Of a DNA stretch of 64,000 nucleotides, positions 38,770-49,666 are shown in pieces. The position numbers and the translations under genes were made by a program. The stretch covers positions 1-64,000 of the forward strand of contig CAWFKQ010000010.1 of the NCBI GenBank assembly GCA_963816395.1, read 5' to 3'. How positions within the stretch are numbered: the stretch's first letter is position 1; each line of letters opens with the position of its first letter. The notes below the pieces were generated by a model. That model worked only from the letters and a program-made list of their open reading frames with translations. It made no database searches and was not told where the DNA came from. The stretch is from an uncultured delta proteobacterium. Lineage in GTDB: Bacteria > Desulfobacterota > Desulfuromonadia > Desulfuromonadales > JACZKF01.

Positions 38770-39312
38770 GTGAATAATCAACCACTTGTCGGCATCTTGA
38801 TGGGCAGCGACAGCGATTATCCGGTAATGGCAGAGGCCGCGAAGGTGCTGAAGAACTTCGGTGTTCCCTTCGAGATGACAGTCGCCAGCGCCCACCGCTC
38901 CCCCGAGCGTACATCCCATTATGCCCGTGGCGCCCGTGAGCGGGGATTGCGGGTACTTATCGCCGGTGCGGGGGCGGCCGCACACCTGGCTGGTGTGGTG
39001 GCGGCCGAGACCACTTTACCGGTAATCGGCGTGCCGATCGACTCCACTTCGCTGCAGGGGCTGGACGCGCTGCTGGCGACGGTGCAGATGCCGGCCGGTA
39101 TCCCGGTGGCGACCATGGCCATCGGTTCGGCCGGAGCGCGCAATGCCGGGGTTCTGGCCGTGCAGATTCTCGCAGCTGGCGACGCCGCTCTGGCCGAGCG
39201 GCTGGCGCGCTACAAAGAGGAACTGGCCGCCGCCGTCGACGCCCGGGCGGCCGCGCTGGAGGAGCGGCTGTCCAGGGAGGTCGATTCCTCCTCCACTCCG
39301 GGGAAAATGTAA
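38770..39312 (+). CDS. purE: N5-CAIR mutase
   Basis: [21 protein letters not shown] and [10 protein letters not shown]. Confidence 0.97.
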   Translation: MNNQPLVGILMGSDSDYPVMAEAAKVLKNFGVPFEMTVASAHRSPERTSHYARGARERGLRVLIAGAGAAAHLAGVVAAETTLPVIGVPIDSTSLQGLDALLATVQMPAGIPVATMAIGSAGARNAGVLAVQILAAGDAALAERLARYKEELAAAVDARAAALEERLSREVDSSSTPGKM

Positions 39313-39366
39313 CGGCATTTCAGAGTTTTCGGAGTTCCCGGGGTGTTTTTCACTGGTCGATTTCCC

Positions 39367-39395
39367 TTGACGGGGGGGGAGATATATATTAACTT
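39367..39395 (+). promoter_or_regulatory. Sigma70-like promoter for ccsB-ccsA with a G8 tract running into the spacer
   Basis: TTGACG-17-TAACTT. Confidence 0.5.
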
Positions 39396-39560
39396 TCCCC
39401 ACGATTTTTAACCTCTGCACCGCAGGAGCCCAGAAAAACTTTCCGTGAGACCTGCTCCGGTTGACCAACTCTTCCAGGCACCCCCACTCTGCTGCTTGCC
39501 GGTAAACATCCGGCGGTATTCACAGGTCGTCGCCACCCGCTGTTTCGCAAGGGAAAGAAT

Positions 39561-40946
39561 ATGTCCATTTCGAAAGAAGCAAATCTGAGCGTCCAAAAAC
39601 GTGATTTTACGTCTGGGCTCTGGGAATTCTTCTGTTCCCTGAAGCTGACCGTTACGCTCCTTATCCTGCTCGCCGTTACCTCCATCATCGGCACCATCAT
39701 TCAGCAGAACCTTTCGCCCGAGCAGTATCTTCAGGTTTACAGCGCCACCACTTATCGGGTTCTCCATACCCTGAATTTTTTCGACATGTATCACTCCTGG
39801 TGGTTCATGACCCTGCTCGGGCTCTTCAGCATCAATCTCATTGCGTGTTCCATCAAACGTTTTCCTCGCGTCTGGAAAACCGTGCGGGAGCCGGTCCTGG
39901 TCCCTGGCGATGCCCTGTACCGCACCTTCTCAAATATGGAGGAGCATCTGGTTAAGACACCCGTGGCTGAGGTCAGGGACCAGTTGGCTCTTTTCGTGCG
40001 GAAAAATTTTGCCGCCGCGGTGGTCACCGAGGACGGGGAGAAAGTGCACCTCTTCGCCCAGAAGGCGGCGTATGCCCGTTTCGGCGTCTATATCACCCAT
40101 TGCTCGATCCTCATCATATTCATCGGCGCGATTCTCGGTTCGCTCTGGGGCTTCAAGGGGTACGTCAGCATTCTCGAGGGCAATTCGGTGGAGGCAGTTC
40201 AACCCCGCAGCGGCCGGGAACCGATTCCCCTCGGCTTCAAAGTGCGCTGCGATGCATTCTCCGTCTCCTTCTATGAGGGCTCCGAGGGCCGTCCCAAGGA
40301 ATTCCGGAGTGTTCTGTCGGTGATCGAGAATGGCCAGACGGTGATCAAGAACCGGCCGGTTATCGTCAACGATCCGCTCACCTACAAAGGGATTACTTTT
40401 TACCAGTCAAGCTATCAGCCGGCCGGTGACGGGGTTTTCAATTTTCTCGTCAAAACCCGTAAGAGCGGGGAAGAGCAACGGATCTCCGCCCGCTTTGGGC
40501 AGCAGATCGCCCTCCCCGGCGGTGGCGCATTCAGGGTCTTCAACGCCAAGGACGATCCCGCCTTCGGTGTAATGGCTCAACTTGAGGTCACCACCCCGAA
40601 CGGGGAGCGCACCTACGCCCAGGTAGCCAAGGGCGCCCCGGATCTCGATGCCCTGCGCGGCGGCGCCAATATCTTTACCCTTCTCGATTTCAAGCAGCGC
40701 TATTTTACCGGACTGCAGGTGGCCAAGGACCCCGGAGTCTGGGTGGTCTGGCTCGGCTGCACCATGCTGGTTCTCGGTTCCCTGGTCGCTTTTTTCCTGT
40801 CCCACCGGCGCATCTGGATCACCATCCAGCCGGTCGGTAAAAAAACCGGTATCAAGCTGGGGGGCAGCGCTCACCGCAACCAGCCGGCATTCGAAATTTT
40901 CTTTGACGAATTCAAGAAAAAGCTCAAGAACGAAATCTCTTCCTGA
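39561..40946 (+). CDS. resB: Cytochrome c biogenesis protein ResB/CcsB (system II)
   Basis: [35 protein letters not shown] and [10 protein letters not shown]. Confidence 0.95.
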   Translation: MSISKEANLSVQKRDFTSGLWEFFCSLKLTVTLLILLAVTSIIGTIIQQNLSPEQYLQVYSATTYRVLHTLNFFDMYHSWWFMTLLGLFSINLIACSIKRFPRVWKTVREPVLVPGDALYRTFSNMEEHLVKTPVAEVRDQLALFVRKNFAAAVVTEDGEKVHLFAQKAAYARFGVYITHCSILIIFIGAILGSLWGFKGYVSILEGNSVEAVQPRSGREPIPLGFKVRCDAFSVSFYEGSEGRPKEFRSVLSVIENGQTVIKNRPVIVNDPLTYKGITFYQSSYQPAGDGVFNFLVKTRKSGEEQRISARFGQQIALPGGGAFRVFNAKDDPAFGVMAQLEVTTPNGERTYAQVAKGAPDLDALRGGANIFTLLDFKQRYFTGLQVAKDPGVWVVWLGCTMLVLGSLVAFFLSHRRIWITIQPVGKKTGIKLGGSAHRNQPAFEIFFDEFKKKLKNEISS

Positions 40947-40969
40947 GGCCGTCCGCGGAGGAACGACAG

Positions 40970-41827
40970 ATGACAAGTGCGCAGCTTTTCAATATCACAA
41001 CTATCGGCTATTTCGCCGCGATGGTCATGTTTATTGCCTATCTCGCCACCCGCAGCAAAGGGGTGGCCCTGACCGCTAACCTGCTGGCCTATATCGGTTT
41101 CGCACTGCATACCGCGGCTATCGGCGTGCGCTGGTATGAATCCTACCACCTGCCCGGGAGCATCGGTCATGCTCCTTTATCGAATTTGTACGAATCGGTG
41201 GTCTTCTTCGCCTGGACCATCCTGCTCATCTACATTCTGATTGACTTTAAGTACCGCCAACGTTCCATGGGGGCCTTCGTCATTCCCTTCGCTTTTCTCG
41301 GCATGACCTGGGCGCAGTGGCGGCTTGACAAAACCATCGAGCCGCTGGTGCCTGCCCTCCAGAGCAATTGGCTGACCTACCACGTCATTACCTGTTTTCT
41401 TGGCTATGCGGCCTTTGCCGTCGCCTGCGGCGTTTCCATCATGTACCTGATCAAGGTTGGCAAGCAGGAGAAGAACGCCTCCGGATCCCCCGCTGGCGGC
41501 CTTCTGGCCATCTTTCCCCACGCCAGGGTCCTTGAGGATATCAATTACAAGGCGATCATGATCGGCTTTCCCCTCCTCTCCCTGGGGATCATCACCGGCG
41601 CGGCCTGGGCCAATTACGCCTGGGGGACCTACTGGAGCTGGGACCCGAAGGAGACCTGGAGCCTTATCGTCTGGTTCATCTATGCCGCTTTCCTCCACGC
41701 CCGCTTCACCCGCGGCTGGGCCGGGAAAAAAGCAGCATGGCTGTCGATCTTCGGTTTTGCCGCAACGATCTTCTGCTACCTGGGGGTGAATCTGGTGCTC
41801 TCCGGTCTGCATTCCTACGGCGGTTAG
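40970..41827 (+). CDS. ccsA: Cytochrome c biogenesis protein ResC/CcsA
   Basis: [35 protein letters not shown] (WWD domain) and GLHSY. Confidence 0.97.
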   Translation: MTSAQLFNITTIGYFAAMVMFIAYLATRSKGVALTANLLAYIGFALHTAAIGVRWYESYHLPGSIGHAPLSNLYESVVFFAWTILLIYILIDFKYRQRSMGAFVIPFAFLGMTWAQWRLDKTIEPLVPALQSNWLTYHVITCFLGYAAFAVACGVSIMYLIKVGKQEKNASGSPAGGLLAIFPHARVLEDINYKAIMIGFPLLSLGIITGAAWANYAWGTYWSWDPKETWSLIVWFIYAAFLHARFTRGWAGKKAAWLSIFGFAATIFCYLGVNLVLSGLHSYGG

Positions 41828-41867
41828 TATCCGGTCAGCCTTCGGCGGCCCAAGGAAGAAATTATCC

Positions 41868-41903
41868 CGGGTGCCTTTCCAGAGTGAAAGGCACCTTTTT
41901 TAT
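41868..41903 (+). terminator. Intrinsic terminator after ccsA
   Basis: GGTGCCTTTC-loop-GAAAGGCACC followed by a T run. Confidence 0.8.
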
Positions 41904-41956
41904 CAGCAAACTCCCGCGCCAGAACATCTTTGGTGGCCATTGTCCAGCGGCCGTTT

Positions 41957-42706
41957 ATGCCTGAAAGATTGCAACTTCCCGATGAAACCCTCGACGATCT
42001 CTTCCAGGGGGAATTGAAAATTTTCCAGGGGCGGAACGGTTATCGGTTCTCCCTCGACCCGCTTCTTCTCTGCAGTTTTGCCCGTATGAAGGCGCGGGAC
42101 CAGGCAGCGGACCTCGGTACCGGATCAGGGATAATCCCTCTGCTGTTGGCCAGGCGGACGACGGTCGGGCGGGTTGTCGGGGTGGAGATCCAGCCTGGAC
42201 TGGCCAGCCGGGCGCGGCGCAGCGTGCAGTTGAATGGGCTGGAAGAAAAAATCGAGATTATCTGTGGGGACCTGCGGCGAATGTCAGAGATGCTGCCGCC
42301 CCAGGCCTTCGACGTCGTGCTGGCGAATCCGCCTTACCGCGAGCCGGGGACCGGCCGCCAGGCGGCGGGGGCGGAGCGGGCGGCTGCCCGGCACGCTCTG
42401 GCCGGCGGTCTCAACGATTTCCTGCAGGCCGCTTTTTTTCTGCTGCCGGACGGCGGTCGTTTTTACCTGATTTCTCTGGCCGAACGCCTGCCCGAGGTGC
42501 TGGCGGCCATGCACCAGGAGCGGTTGGAGCCTAAGCGGCTGCGCTGCGTCCATTCGCGCCTCGGGGAGGGAGCCCGCCTGGCTCTGCTGGAAGGGCGCAA
42601 GCGGGGGCGGCCCGGGCTGGTGGTCGAGCCGCCGCTTTATATTTACGAAGGAGAAAATTACTCGGCCGAGGTGCGGGGGATCTATGAGGAGGTAAACCAG
42701 GGGTAG
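41957..42706 (+). CDS. yfiC: tRNA1(Val) A37 N6-methyltransferase family
   Basis: GYRFSLD, DLGTGSG, NPPY and ARH. Confidence 0.85.
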   Translation: MPERLQLPDETLDDLFQGELKIFQGRNGYRFSLDPLLLCSFARMKARDQAADLGTGSGIIPLLLARRTTVGRVVGVEIQPGLASRARRSVQLNGLEEKIEIICGDLRRMSEMLPPQAFDVVLANPPYREPGTGRQAAGAERAAARHALAGGLNDFLQAAFFLLPDGGRFYLISLAERLPEVLAAMHQERLEPKRLRCVHSRLGEGARLALLEGRKRGRPGLVVEPPLYIYEGENYSAEVRGIYEEVNQG

Positions 42707-42708
42707 AA

Positions 42709-43209
42709 TCAGCCCTGGCGGACCTTGTTCAGGCACTTCTGGCGAAGCAGAAGGCGCTGCAGGCTGCCGCGCAGTTCGGCATCGCCGACCGCGGCGGTGG
42801 CCCTCTCGACCATTGTCTGCTCCTCGTCAGTCAGTGAGGCGGTTCGCCAGTTAGGGTAACTGCGGTTTTGCTGATCGGCCCGGGCATCCGGTCCCAGCCG
42901 CCCCCGGCGCCAGAAGATGTCGCGGAATACCGTCCTGCCAAGCCTCTCGTTGAGCTGGGCCAGAATCTGCGGTTTAAGCAATTGCAGTTGCTGCATCCAG
43001 ACCGCATGTTCCACCCGCACCTCCAGTACTCCCTCACGGATGCGTACCGGTCGGGCGCGGGCGGCGATCTGCGGACCCACTGCCGCCTCCCAGACCTGCC
43101 AGGCCCGATATTCCTCCATTTTCCCGGCGAGACCCTGCTGGCGCAGCAAGGCCAGGATCAGATCGCCGACAACGGCGGCTTCCTTCAGAGGTGGCCGCCT
43201 GCTGTTCAC
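42709..43209 (-). CDS. DUF721 / DciA family protein
   Basis: WEAAVGPQIA..ARP..IREGVL.V.V..AVWMQQL. Confidence 0.8.
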   Translation of the reverse strand: MNSRRPPLKEAAVVGDLILALLRQQGLAGKMEEYRAWQVWEAAVGPQIAARARPVRIREGVLEVRVEHAVWMQQLQLLKPQILAQLNERLGRTVFRDIFWRRGRLGPDARADQQNRSYPNWRTASLTDEEQTMVERATAAVGDAELRGSLQRLLLRQKCLNKVRQG

Positions 43210-43463
43210 CGCGATCTCCGGCGTCTGAGGCGGCCGCCCAGGATTTGTCCAAAAACGGCCGCGGCGATGGTGAACGGGACAACCTTCCAGGTGAAGCCGT
43301 ATCCCAGGCGGGCGGCCAGGATAAAAGGTATGGAGAGGTGGATGTAGAGAAACCAGCGGAAGGAGTAACGGCTCGAGGATTCACGCAGGTATCCGAGGGG
43401 CAGATTTACCAGAAAAGCCAGGAAAAAGAGATTTGCGAGATTTAAGCTCTGATGCAGGGTCAA
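43206..43463 (-). CDS. Small conserved membrane protein
   Basis: NLPLGYLR....SFRWFLYIHLSIP hydrophobic pattern; stop overlaps the DUF721 gene start. Confidence 0.65.
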   Translation of the reverse strand: MTLHQSLNLANLFFLAFLVNLPLGYLRESSSRYSFRWFLYIHLSIPFILAARLGYGFTWKVVPFTIAAAVFGQILGGRLRRRRSR

Positions 43464-43590
43464 GGGTGGGTCCTTTCTGGAGCGGAGGCAGTAGCGGCAG
43501 TTTACTTTTCCTCTCTCCCGGTTGTCAACCTCGCTTGCCTGCCGCGGCGAGTCATGGCATCATCAAATGCAGTATGCGGAGAGGATATAG

Positions 43591-43851
43591 ATGACTGGCA
43601 TGGTAAGGGAAAACGATCTGGTGGCGATCTTCCATTCCATCCACCGGGTAATGAAAGCCGAAAAGATACTCAAAAAAGCCGGTGCTGATTTTCTGCTTAT
43701 TCCAGTCCCCAGGCAGTTGAGCTCTGATTGCGGTTTGGCCATCCGTTACCCGCCGGCGGAGCGGGCGCGGATCGAGGCCATTCTGCGCGAGGAGAAGCTG
43801 TCTCCTGCCGAACTTTTTTGCCGGGAGGGAAAGGGGTATCAGCGGCTTTAG
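43591..43851 (+). CDS. DUF3343 family protein
   Basis: FHSIH.VMKAEK, IPVPRQLSSDCG; GAGGA RBS. Confidence 0.8.
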   Translation: MTGMVRENDLVAIFHSIHRVMKAEKILKKAGADFLLIPVPRQLSSDCGLAIRYPPAERARIEAILREEKLSPAELFCREGKGYQRL

Positions 43852-43874
43852 CCCGCGATTTCCCGGGAATTTTC

Positions 43875-43903
43875 TTGACAAAGAAAATGCCCTTAACTAT
43901 AGT
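43875..43903 (+). promoter_or_regulatory. Sigma70 promoter of the ffh operon
   Basis: TTGACA-17-TATAGT. Confidence 0.85.
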
Positions 43904-43944
43904 CCCTATTTTGCAACGTTTACCGACGATGCTTCGGAAAAAGC

Positions 43945-45294
43945 ATGTTTGATAATCTGACGGAAAAGTTCGATTCGGTCTTTAAAAAGCTGCGCGGCCA
44001 GGGCCGTCTGTCGGAGGAGAATATCCAGGATGCCCTGCGCGAAGTGCGGCTGGTCTTGCTCGAGGCCGACGTCAACTTCCGGGTCGTCAAGGATTTCATC
44101 GCCGCCGTGCGTGAACGGGCGGTAGGGCAGGAGGTGCTGAAAAGCCTCACGCCCGGCCAGCAGGTGATCAAGGTTGTGCGGGAAGAACTGGGCCGTCTGA
44201 TGGGCGAGGGGGAAGACAACCGCCTCGATCTTGCCGCCCGGCCGCCGGTACCGGTGATGCTGTGCGGCTTGCAGGGCGCTGGTAAAACGACCACCTGCGG
44301 CAAGCTGGCCCGCCATCTGCGCCGGGAAAAGCGCAATCCGCTGCTCGTGCCGGCCGACATCTACCGGCCGGCGGCCATCGAGCAGTTGAAGACGGTGGGC
44401 CGGCAGCTGGACATCGCCGTTTTCGACACCCCGCCCGGTCAGGATCCCGTCCAGATCTGTCTTGATGCGCGCCGGTACGCCGAACTCAACGGCTTCGATA
44501 CGCTGATCCTCGATACCGCCGGGCGCCTGCATATTGACCAGACGCTGATGGGGGAACTGGTCCGCATCAAAGCGGCCCTGGCCCCGCGGGAGATCCTGCT
44601 GGTGGCCGACGCCATGACCGGGCAAGATGCGGTCAATGTGGCGCAGAGCTTCAATGAGCAACTGGCGCTGACCGGAGTGATTCTCACCAAGCTGGACGGC
44701 GACGCCCGCGGCGGCGCCGCTCTTTCCATCCGGGCGGTTACCGGCCGGCCGATTAAGCTGGTGGGTCTGGGTGAGAAGCTCGATGCTTTGGAGATCTTCC
44801 ATGCCGACCGGATGGCCCAGCGCATCCTCGGCATGGGCGATGTCCTCACCCTGATCGAGAAGGCGCAGGGCGCCATCGACCGGGACCAGGCAGCGGCGAT
44901 GGAGAAGCGGCTCCGCCAGGAAGGCTTCACCCTGGAGAACTTCCGCGATCAGCTGCAGACGGTGAAGAAGATGGGCTCCATGGAGTCGCTGCTGAAGCTG
45001 ATTCCTGGGGCCGGCAAGGCGCTAAAGCAGGCCCAGGGAATGGAGTTGCCGGATAAGGAGCTGAAAAAGATCGAGGCGATCATCAATTCGATGACGCCCC
45101 AGGAACGGCGCAACGCCAAAATCCTCAACGGTTCGCGGCGGCTGCGCATCGCTCGCGGCAGCGGCACCACGGTGCAGGACATCAATCAATTGCTCAAGCG
45201 CTTCACCGAGGCGCAGAAGATGATGAAAAAAATGCAGCAGCTCGGCCCCAAGGGGCTCAAGGGGATGCTGCGCGGCGGCGGTTTCCCGTTCTGA
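43945..45294 (+). CDS. ffh: Signal recognition particle protein
   Basis: [24 protein letters not shown] and a Met-rich M domain. Confidence 0.98.
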   Translation: MFDNLTEKFDSVFKKLRGQGRLSEENIQDALREVRLVLLEADVNFRVVKDFIAAVRERAVGQEVLKSLTPGQQVIKVVREELGRLMGEGEDNRLDLAARPPVPVMLCGLQGAGKTTTCGKLARHLRREKRNPLLVPADIYRPAAIEQLKTVGRQLDIAVFDTPPGQDPVQICLDARRYAELNGFDTLILDTAGRLHIDQTLMGELVRIKAALAPREILLVADAMTGQDAVNVAQSFNEQLALTGVILTKLDGDARGGAALSIRAVTGRPIKLVGLGEKLDALEIFHADRMAQRILGMGDVLTLIEKAQGAIDRDQAAAMEKRLRQEGFTLENFRDQLQTVKKMGSMESLLKLIPGAGKALKQAQGMELPDKELKKIEAIINSMTPQERRNAKILNGSRRLRIARGSGTTVQDINQLLKRFTEAQKMMKKMQQLGPKGLKGMLRGGGFPF

Positions 45295-45382
45295 TTCCGC
45301 CAGAGATCAAATACAGCCCGTCGAAACCGATATAGCGACAAACAGGACGGGCACCGTCCCGAGACTCAGGAGGAAACAACAG

Positions 45383-45652
45383 ATGGCAGTAAAAATCAGG
45401 CTGGCGCGTGGCGGCGCCAAGAAGAAGCCTTTCTACCAGGTCGTGGTCGCCGATGAGCGTTATCCGCGCGATGGCCGGTTTATCGAGAAACTGGGGCAGT
45501 ATGATCCGAAGCAGGATCCCCCGATGATCAACCTGCAGGAAGACAAGGCCCTCGAATGGCTGCAGAAAGGGGCACAGCCCACCGAAACGGTTCTGCAGCT
45601 GCTGCGTAAAAAGGGAGTCTGGGCAAGGTTCAAGCAGCCCCAGAAGGCGTAA
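45383..45652 (+). CDS. rpsP: 30S ribosomal protein S16
   Basis: [22 protein letters not shown] and GAQPTETV. Confidence 0.98.
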   Translation: MAVKIRLARGGAKKKPFYQVVVADERYPRDGRFIEKLGQYDPKQDPPMINLQEDKALEWLQKGAQPTETVLQLLRKKGVWARFKQPQKA

Positions 45653-45702
45653 CAGACTCGCTGCCGGGGAAGGGGCTGTCTGCCTTCGGAAGGACGGAAC
45701 CC

Positions 45703-45936
45703 ATGAAAGAACTGATTGAATTCATTGCCAGGTCACTGGTCGAGAAGCCGGACGCGGTGGTCGCCTCGGAAGAGCTGGTCGAGGACGGCAGTACCCTGGT
45801 CAAGCTTGTCGCGGCGCAGGAGGACATGGGACGGATTATCGGCAAACAGGGGCGGACGGCCAAAGCTATGCGGACCCTGCTCAACGCCAAGGCCACCCGT
45901 GAGAATAAGCGCGCCAGCCTCCAGATAATGGAGTGA
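45703..45936 (+). CDS. khpA: KH-domain RNA-binding protein
   Basis: DMGRIIGKQGRTAKAMR; conserved position. Confidence 0.93.
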   Translation: MKELIEFIARSLVEKPDAVVASEELVEDGSTLVKLVAAQEDMGRIIGKQGRTAKAMRTLLNAKATRENKRASLQIME

Positions 45937-46463
45937 TGACGAACCGACCAGACGAGCTTTTCCTCCTGGGCGTGGTTACCGGGACCCATGGTTTGCGCGG
46001 CGACCTGAAGATCCGCCCTCTCTCCGAAAACTCGGACGCCCTCCAATCGGCAGGGGAGATATTCCTCCGGCGCGGCGACGAGGTCGTCCGTTATCTTCCG
46101 GCCCGGGTGAGCATCCACAAGGGGAATTTTCTGCTGCGTCTGCAGGGCCTGACCCACATCGACGCCGTGCAGCCCCTGGTTGGCTGCGAAGTGCTGATGC
46201 ATTTCGGCGACCTGGCGCCGCCGGGAGAAGATGAATTCTATTGGTTCGAACTGGAAGGCTTGAAGGTAGTGGACCGGAACCGGGGCGAACTCGGGACTCT
46301 GGAAGAGCTCTTCACCACCGCGGCGCACGATATTTACGTCGTGCGCGGCCGCTTCGGAGAGGTTCTTATCCCGGCGGTCGATGAATTTATCGTCGAGGTC
46401 GATCGACCGGGCGGTCGCCTGCTGGTCGACCTGCCGGAAGGCCTGGTTCCGGATGGTCTTTGA
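45933..46463 (+). CDS. rimM: Ribosome maturation factor RimM
   Basis: THGLRGDL, DEFYWFEL.G and LIPAV. Confidence 0.95.
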   Translation: MMTNRPDELFLLGVVTGTHGLRGDLKIRPLSENSDALQSAGEIFLRRGDEVVRYLPARVSIHKGNFLLRLQGLTHIDAVQPLVGCEVLMHFGDLAPPGEDEFYWFELEGLKVVDRNRGELGTLEELFTTAAHDIYVVRGRFGEVLIPAVDEFIVEVDRPGGRLLVDLPEGLVPDGL

Positions 46464-47190
46464 TATAATAACCCTGTTCCCCGCCATGTTCGCTTCGCCC
46501 TTCGCCGAGAGCATCATGGGCAAGGCGGTTCAACGGGGACTGATCCGCATCGGGGTGCACAACTTGCGCGACTGGGCGGAAGGGCGACACCAGGTAACCG
46601 ATGACGCACCTTACGGTGGCGGCGATGGAATGGTGATGAAGCCGGAGCCGGTTGCCCGCGCTTTGGCGGCACTGAAGGAACAGTCGACCGCGGCCAAAGT
46701 GCTGCTGATGAGCCCCCAGGGAACCCCCTTCCGCCAGCAGCACGCGCGCTCCCTTGCCGGGGAAAAAGGACTGATCTTCGTCTGCGGCCGTTATGAGGGG
46801 TTCGATGAGCGGATCCGGACTCTGGTTGATGCGGAATATTCCCTGGGCGATTTCGTCCTGACCGGAGGCGAGCTGGCGGCCATGGTCATGATCGATGCGG
46901 TCGCCCGGCTGCTGCCGGGTGTTCTGGGGAACAGCGGCAGCGCGGGAACCGATTCTTTCGCCGATGGACTGCTGGAGTACCCCCATTATACCCGGCCGGT
47001 TGAATTCGCCGGTATGCGGGTACCGGAGGTCCTGCTCTCCGGCAACCATGCCGAGATCGCCCGCTGGCGCCGACGCCAGCAACTGCAGCGGACGCTGCGC
47101 CGCCGCCCGGACCTGCTGAACCAGGTGTCCCTGTCCGTCGAGGACAGACGCCTTCTCGAAGAATTGCAGCGGGAAGAGGTGCAGGAATGA
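46453..47190 (+). CDS. trmD: tRNA (guanine-N1)-methyltransferase
   Basis: DDAPYGGG.GMVM, CGRYEGFDER, GDFVLTGGE and YPHYTRP. Confidence 0.98.
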   Translation: MVFDIITLFPAMFASPFAESIMGKAVQRGLIRIGVHNLRDWAEGRHQVTDDAPYGGGDGMVMKPEPVARALAALKEQSTAAKVLLMSPQGTPFRQQHARSLAGEKGLIFVCGRYEGFDERIRTLVDAEYSLGDFVLTGGELAAMVMIDAVARLLPGVLGNSGSAGTDSFADGLLEYPHYTRPVEFAGMRVPEVLLSGNHAEIARWRRRQQLQRTLRRRPDLLNQVSLSVEDRRLLEELQREEVQE

Positions 47191-47753
47191 GGCAACGCCG
47201 GCCCCTGGCGGTCGGTTTGGTGCACCACCCGGTGGTCGACCGGCGCGGCGACGAAGTGGTTGCGGCGGTGACCAACCTCGATTTGCATGACATCGCCCGT
47301 ACCGCTCGGACCTACGGAGTCGACCGGTTTTATGTCGTTACCCCGGCGGCCGGGCAGCAGGATCTGGTGGCCAGTTTGCTGGCGCACTGGCGGACCGGCT
47401 TCGGCGCCAGCTACAATCCGCATCGCGGCGAGGCTCTGGCCCTGGTAAAGGTTGCCTCCACCCTGGACGAGGCCCTCGAAGACTGGGGGGCGGCCATCGG
47501 CGGCAGACCCTGGCCGGTGCTGACTGGGGCAGGGCGCCATGAAAATATGAGTTTCGCCGACTGTCGCGCGCTTCTGCGTAAGGAACCGCTGTTCCTGGTG
47601 TTCGGCACCGGTTGGGGGCTGGCCCCGACGCTTTTTGCCCGGGGCTGGGCGGTTCTGGCGCCGGTGGATGGGGCCGACGGTTACAACCACCTGCCGGTAC
47701 GGGCGGCGGCGGCGATCATCCTTGACCGTCTGCTCGGCGGGAATCAGGAATAG
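47187..47753 (+). CDS. SPOUT RNA methyltransferase (TrmD-associated family)
   Basis: LVHHPV, TNLDLHDIAR, FGTGWGL and YNHL.VR.A.AI.LDRL. Confidence 0.88.
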   Translation: MRQRRPLAVGLVHHPVVDRRGDEVVAAVTNLDLHDIARTARTYGVDRFYVVTPAAGQQDLVASLLAHWRTGFGASYNPHRGEALALVKVASTLDEALEDWGAAIGGRPWPVLTGAGRHENMSFADCRALLRKEPLFLVFGTGWGLAPTLFARGWAVLAPVDGADGYNHLPVRAAAAIILDRLLGGNQE

Positions 47754-47842
47754 GATGAATGAAATTACCGGCAGCTGGCCGGGAACCTTCGGGTAGAGAT
47801 TTATTTCAGAAACCAGAATGGATCGGTATAGAGGAGGAAGGA

Positions 47843-48190
47843 ATGAACGTCATCGATCGCCTCGAAATGGCACAGATGAAAAAGAACATCCCGCAATTCA
47901 AGGCGGGAGACACCCTGCGGGTGCATGTGAAGATCGTCGAGGGCGACAAACAGCGCATCCAGATTTTTCAGGGCGTCTGCATCAAGCGCAAGAACAACGG
48001 CATCGGCTCGACTTTCATCGTCCGCAAGATCTCGGATGGAATCGGAGTGGAGAGGGTTTTCCCGCTGCATTCGCCAACCATCGAAAAGGTCGAGGTGGTG
48101 ATGGTCGGCCAGGTCCGCCGGGCTAAGCTCTACTACCTGCGCAAATTGCAGGGAAAGGCGGCCCGTATCCGCGAAAAGCGGCTGGCCTGA
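47843..48190 (+). CDS. rplS: 50S ribosomal protein L19
   Basis: [28 protein letters not shown] and [10 protein letters not shown]. Confidence 0.98.
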   Translation: MNVIDRLEMAQMKKNIPQFKAGDTLRVHVKIVEGDKQRIQIFQGVCIKRKNNGIGSTFIVRKISDGIGVERVFPLHSPTIEKVEVVMVGQVRRAKLYYLRKLQGKAARIREKRLA

Positions 48191-48201
48191 GCAGGAAAAT
48201 G

Positions 48202-48231
48202 AAAGGCCCTGGCGCAGCCGGGGCCTTTTCT
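48202..48231. terminator. Terminator after rplS
   Basis: AAAGGCCCTGG-cgcag-CCGGGGCCTTTT. Confidence 0.7.
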
Positions 48232-48260
48232 ACATCGTTGGGGTGCCGGAGGTAATCGGA

Positions 48261-48449
48261 TCAGTGGTGCATCACCTGCGCGGTAACAGCAGGAGGGCTG
48301 GTCAGGACCGAGACGATGAAGACGGTTATGATGCCGTAGACCACCACCGAGCCCCAGCCGCCCAGGGCCAGGACCTCGCGCAGTTCCTTCCAGTCGATCA
48401 GGAAAACAAAATAGCCGAGCACGGCCAGTGCGACGAAGACGCCTGCCAT
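48261..48449 (-). CDS. Small two-TM hypothetical protein
   Basis: 62 aa with two hydrophobic segments; AAGGAGAGG RBS. Confidence 0.65.
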   Translation of the reverse strand: MAGVFVALAVLGYFVFLIDWKELREVLALGGWGSVVVYGIITVFIVSVLTSPPAVTAQVMHH

Positions 48450-48558
48450 AGGTTTTTCCTCTCCTTTCCATAAAATTCATGCGAAACTGTGTCCCGCTAT
48501 GTTATATCATGACGAGGCATAAATCCAGTCTAATTTCATTTTGACCGGAGGGCAGGGC

Positions 48559-49197
48559 GTGACCCTGGATCTGTTTCAAATGCCGGAAGTCTCTCCCCTG
48601 CATTTCGAGGAGCAGGCGAAGAAAAGAGGATTTCGCGCCATCGCCGGCATAGATGAGGCAGGGCGCGGGCCCTTGGCCGGCCCAGTGGTGGCAGCGGCGG
48701 TAATGCTGCCGGTTACCTTCGAGCTGCCGGGGTTGACCGATTCCAAACAGCTGTCCGCCGGCGACCGGGAACGTTTATTCCGGCTGATCCGCACGCAGGC
48801 GGTGGCGGTCGGGGTGGGAGTCGTCCCGGCGCTCGAGATCGATGCCCGGAACATTCTGCAGGCGACCTTGCTCGGCATGGTGCTGGCGGTGCAGCGGCTG
48901 AAGCAGCCACCCGATTTTCTTCTGGTCGATGGCAACCAGCCGGTGCCGCTGCCTCTGCACCAGAAGCCCCTGGTCAAAGGGGATGCACGCTCCCTCTCGG
49001 TCGCCGCCGCCTCCGTGGTGGCCAAAGTGGTTCGCGACCGCATGATGGCCGGTTACGACCGGTATTTTCCAGGTTACGGATTTGCCGCCCACAAGGGCTA
49101 TGGCAGCGCCGCTCACCTGGAGGCGCTCCGCCGTCTCGGCCCATGCCCTCTGCATCGTCGCACTTTCGGCGGGGTGCGGGAGTTGCTGACGAAATGA
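48559..49197 (+). CDS. rnhB: Ribonuclease HII
   Basis: GIDEAGRGPLAGPV, DSKQL, VKGD and HKGYG. Confidence 0.97.
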   Translation: MTLDLFQMPEVSPLHFEEQAKKRGFRAIAGIDEAGRGPLAGPVVAAAVMLPVTFELPGLTDSKQLSAGDRERLFRLIRTQAVAVGVGVVPALEIDARNILQATLLGMVLAVQRLKQPPDFLLVDGNQPVPLPLHQKPLVKGDARSLSVAAASVVAKVVRDRMMAGYDRYFPGYGFAAHKGYGSAAHLEALRRLGPCPLHRRTFGGVRELLTK

Positions 49198-49556
49198 CCG
49201 AGGAGCGACTATCCCTTGGCCGCTGGGGGGAGGAACAGGCGGTCATCTTCCTGCGCCGCCTGGGGATGAAGATCGTTGAACGCAATTTCCGGGCGCCGGT
49301 GGGAGAAATCGATATCATCGCCCGACAGGGCCGCACCCTGGTTTTCATCGAGGTCAAGACGCGCCGTAGCAATGCGTTCGGCACCCCGCAGGAAGCGGTC
49401 GGGCCGACCAAGCAGCGGCAGATCTTGCGCACCGCCCAGTGGTACCTGGGCAATGGGCAGGGGCGAAGGCTCCAGCCGCGCTTCGACGTGATCGCCGTTC
49501 GCCCCGGGGAGAAGGGGGCCGAAATAGAACATATTCCGAATGCCTTCGGCCTCTGA
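49194..49556 (+). CDS. yraN: YraN family protein
   Basis: GEIDII, FIEVKTR and RFDVIA. Confidence 0.93.
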   Translation: MTEERLSLGRWGEEQAVIFLRRLGMKIVERNFRAPVGEIDIIARQGRTLVFIEVKTRRSNAFGTPQEAVGPTKQRQILRTAQWYLGNGQGRRLQPRFDVIAVRPGEKGAEIEHIPNAFGL

Positions 49557-49584
49557 TCTGCCCCCGGGAGTCCGCAGGAGCAGA

Positions 49585-49645
49585 TGGAACCTCGGATCCT
49601 CTGCCCTGAACGTTGAAACTGAATCCCGGACTCGGGACCGGAATT
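49585..49645 (+). repeat. Degenerate heptamer tract before nadE
   Basis: tggaacc tcggatc ... tgaacgt tgaaac tgaatcc cggactc gggacc. Confidence 0.5.
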
Positions 49646-49666
49646 TTCCTTTAAAAGGGAGCGAGC

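Noticed and set aside
43591..43851. Selenoprotein or stop-codon readthrough signals (DUF3343, rhodanese)
   Set aside because: No in-frame TGA or TAG was seen at conserved Cys positions; the truncations are explained by frameshifts.
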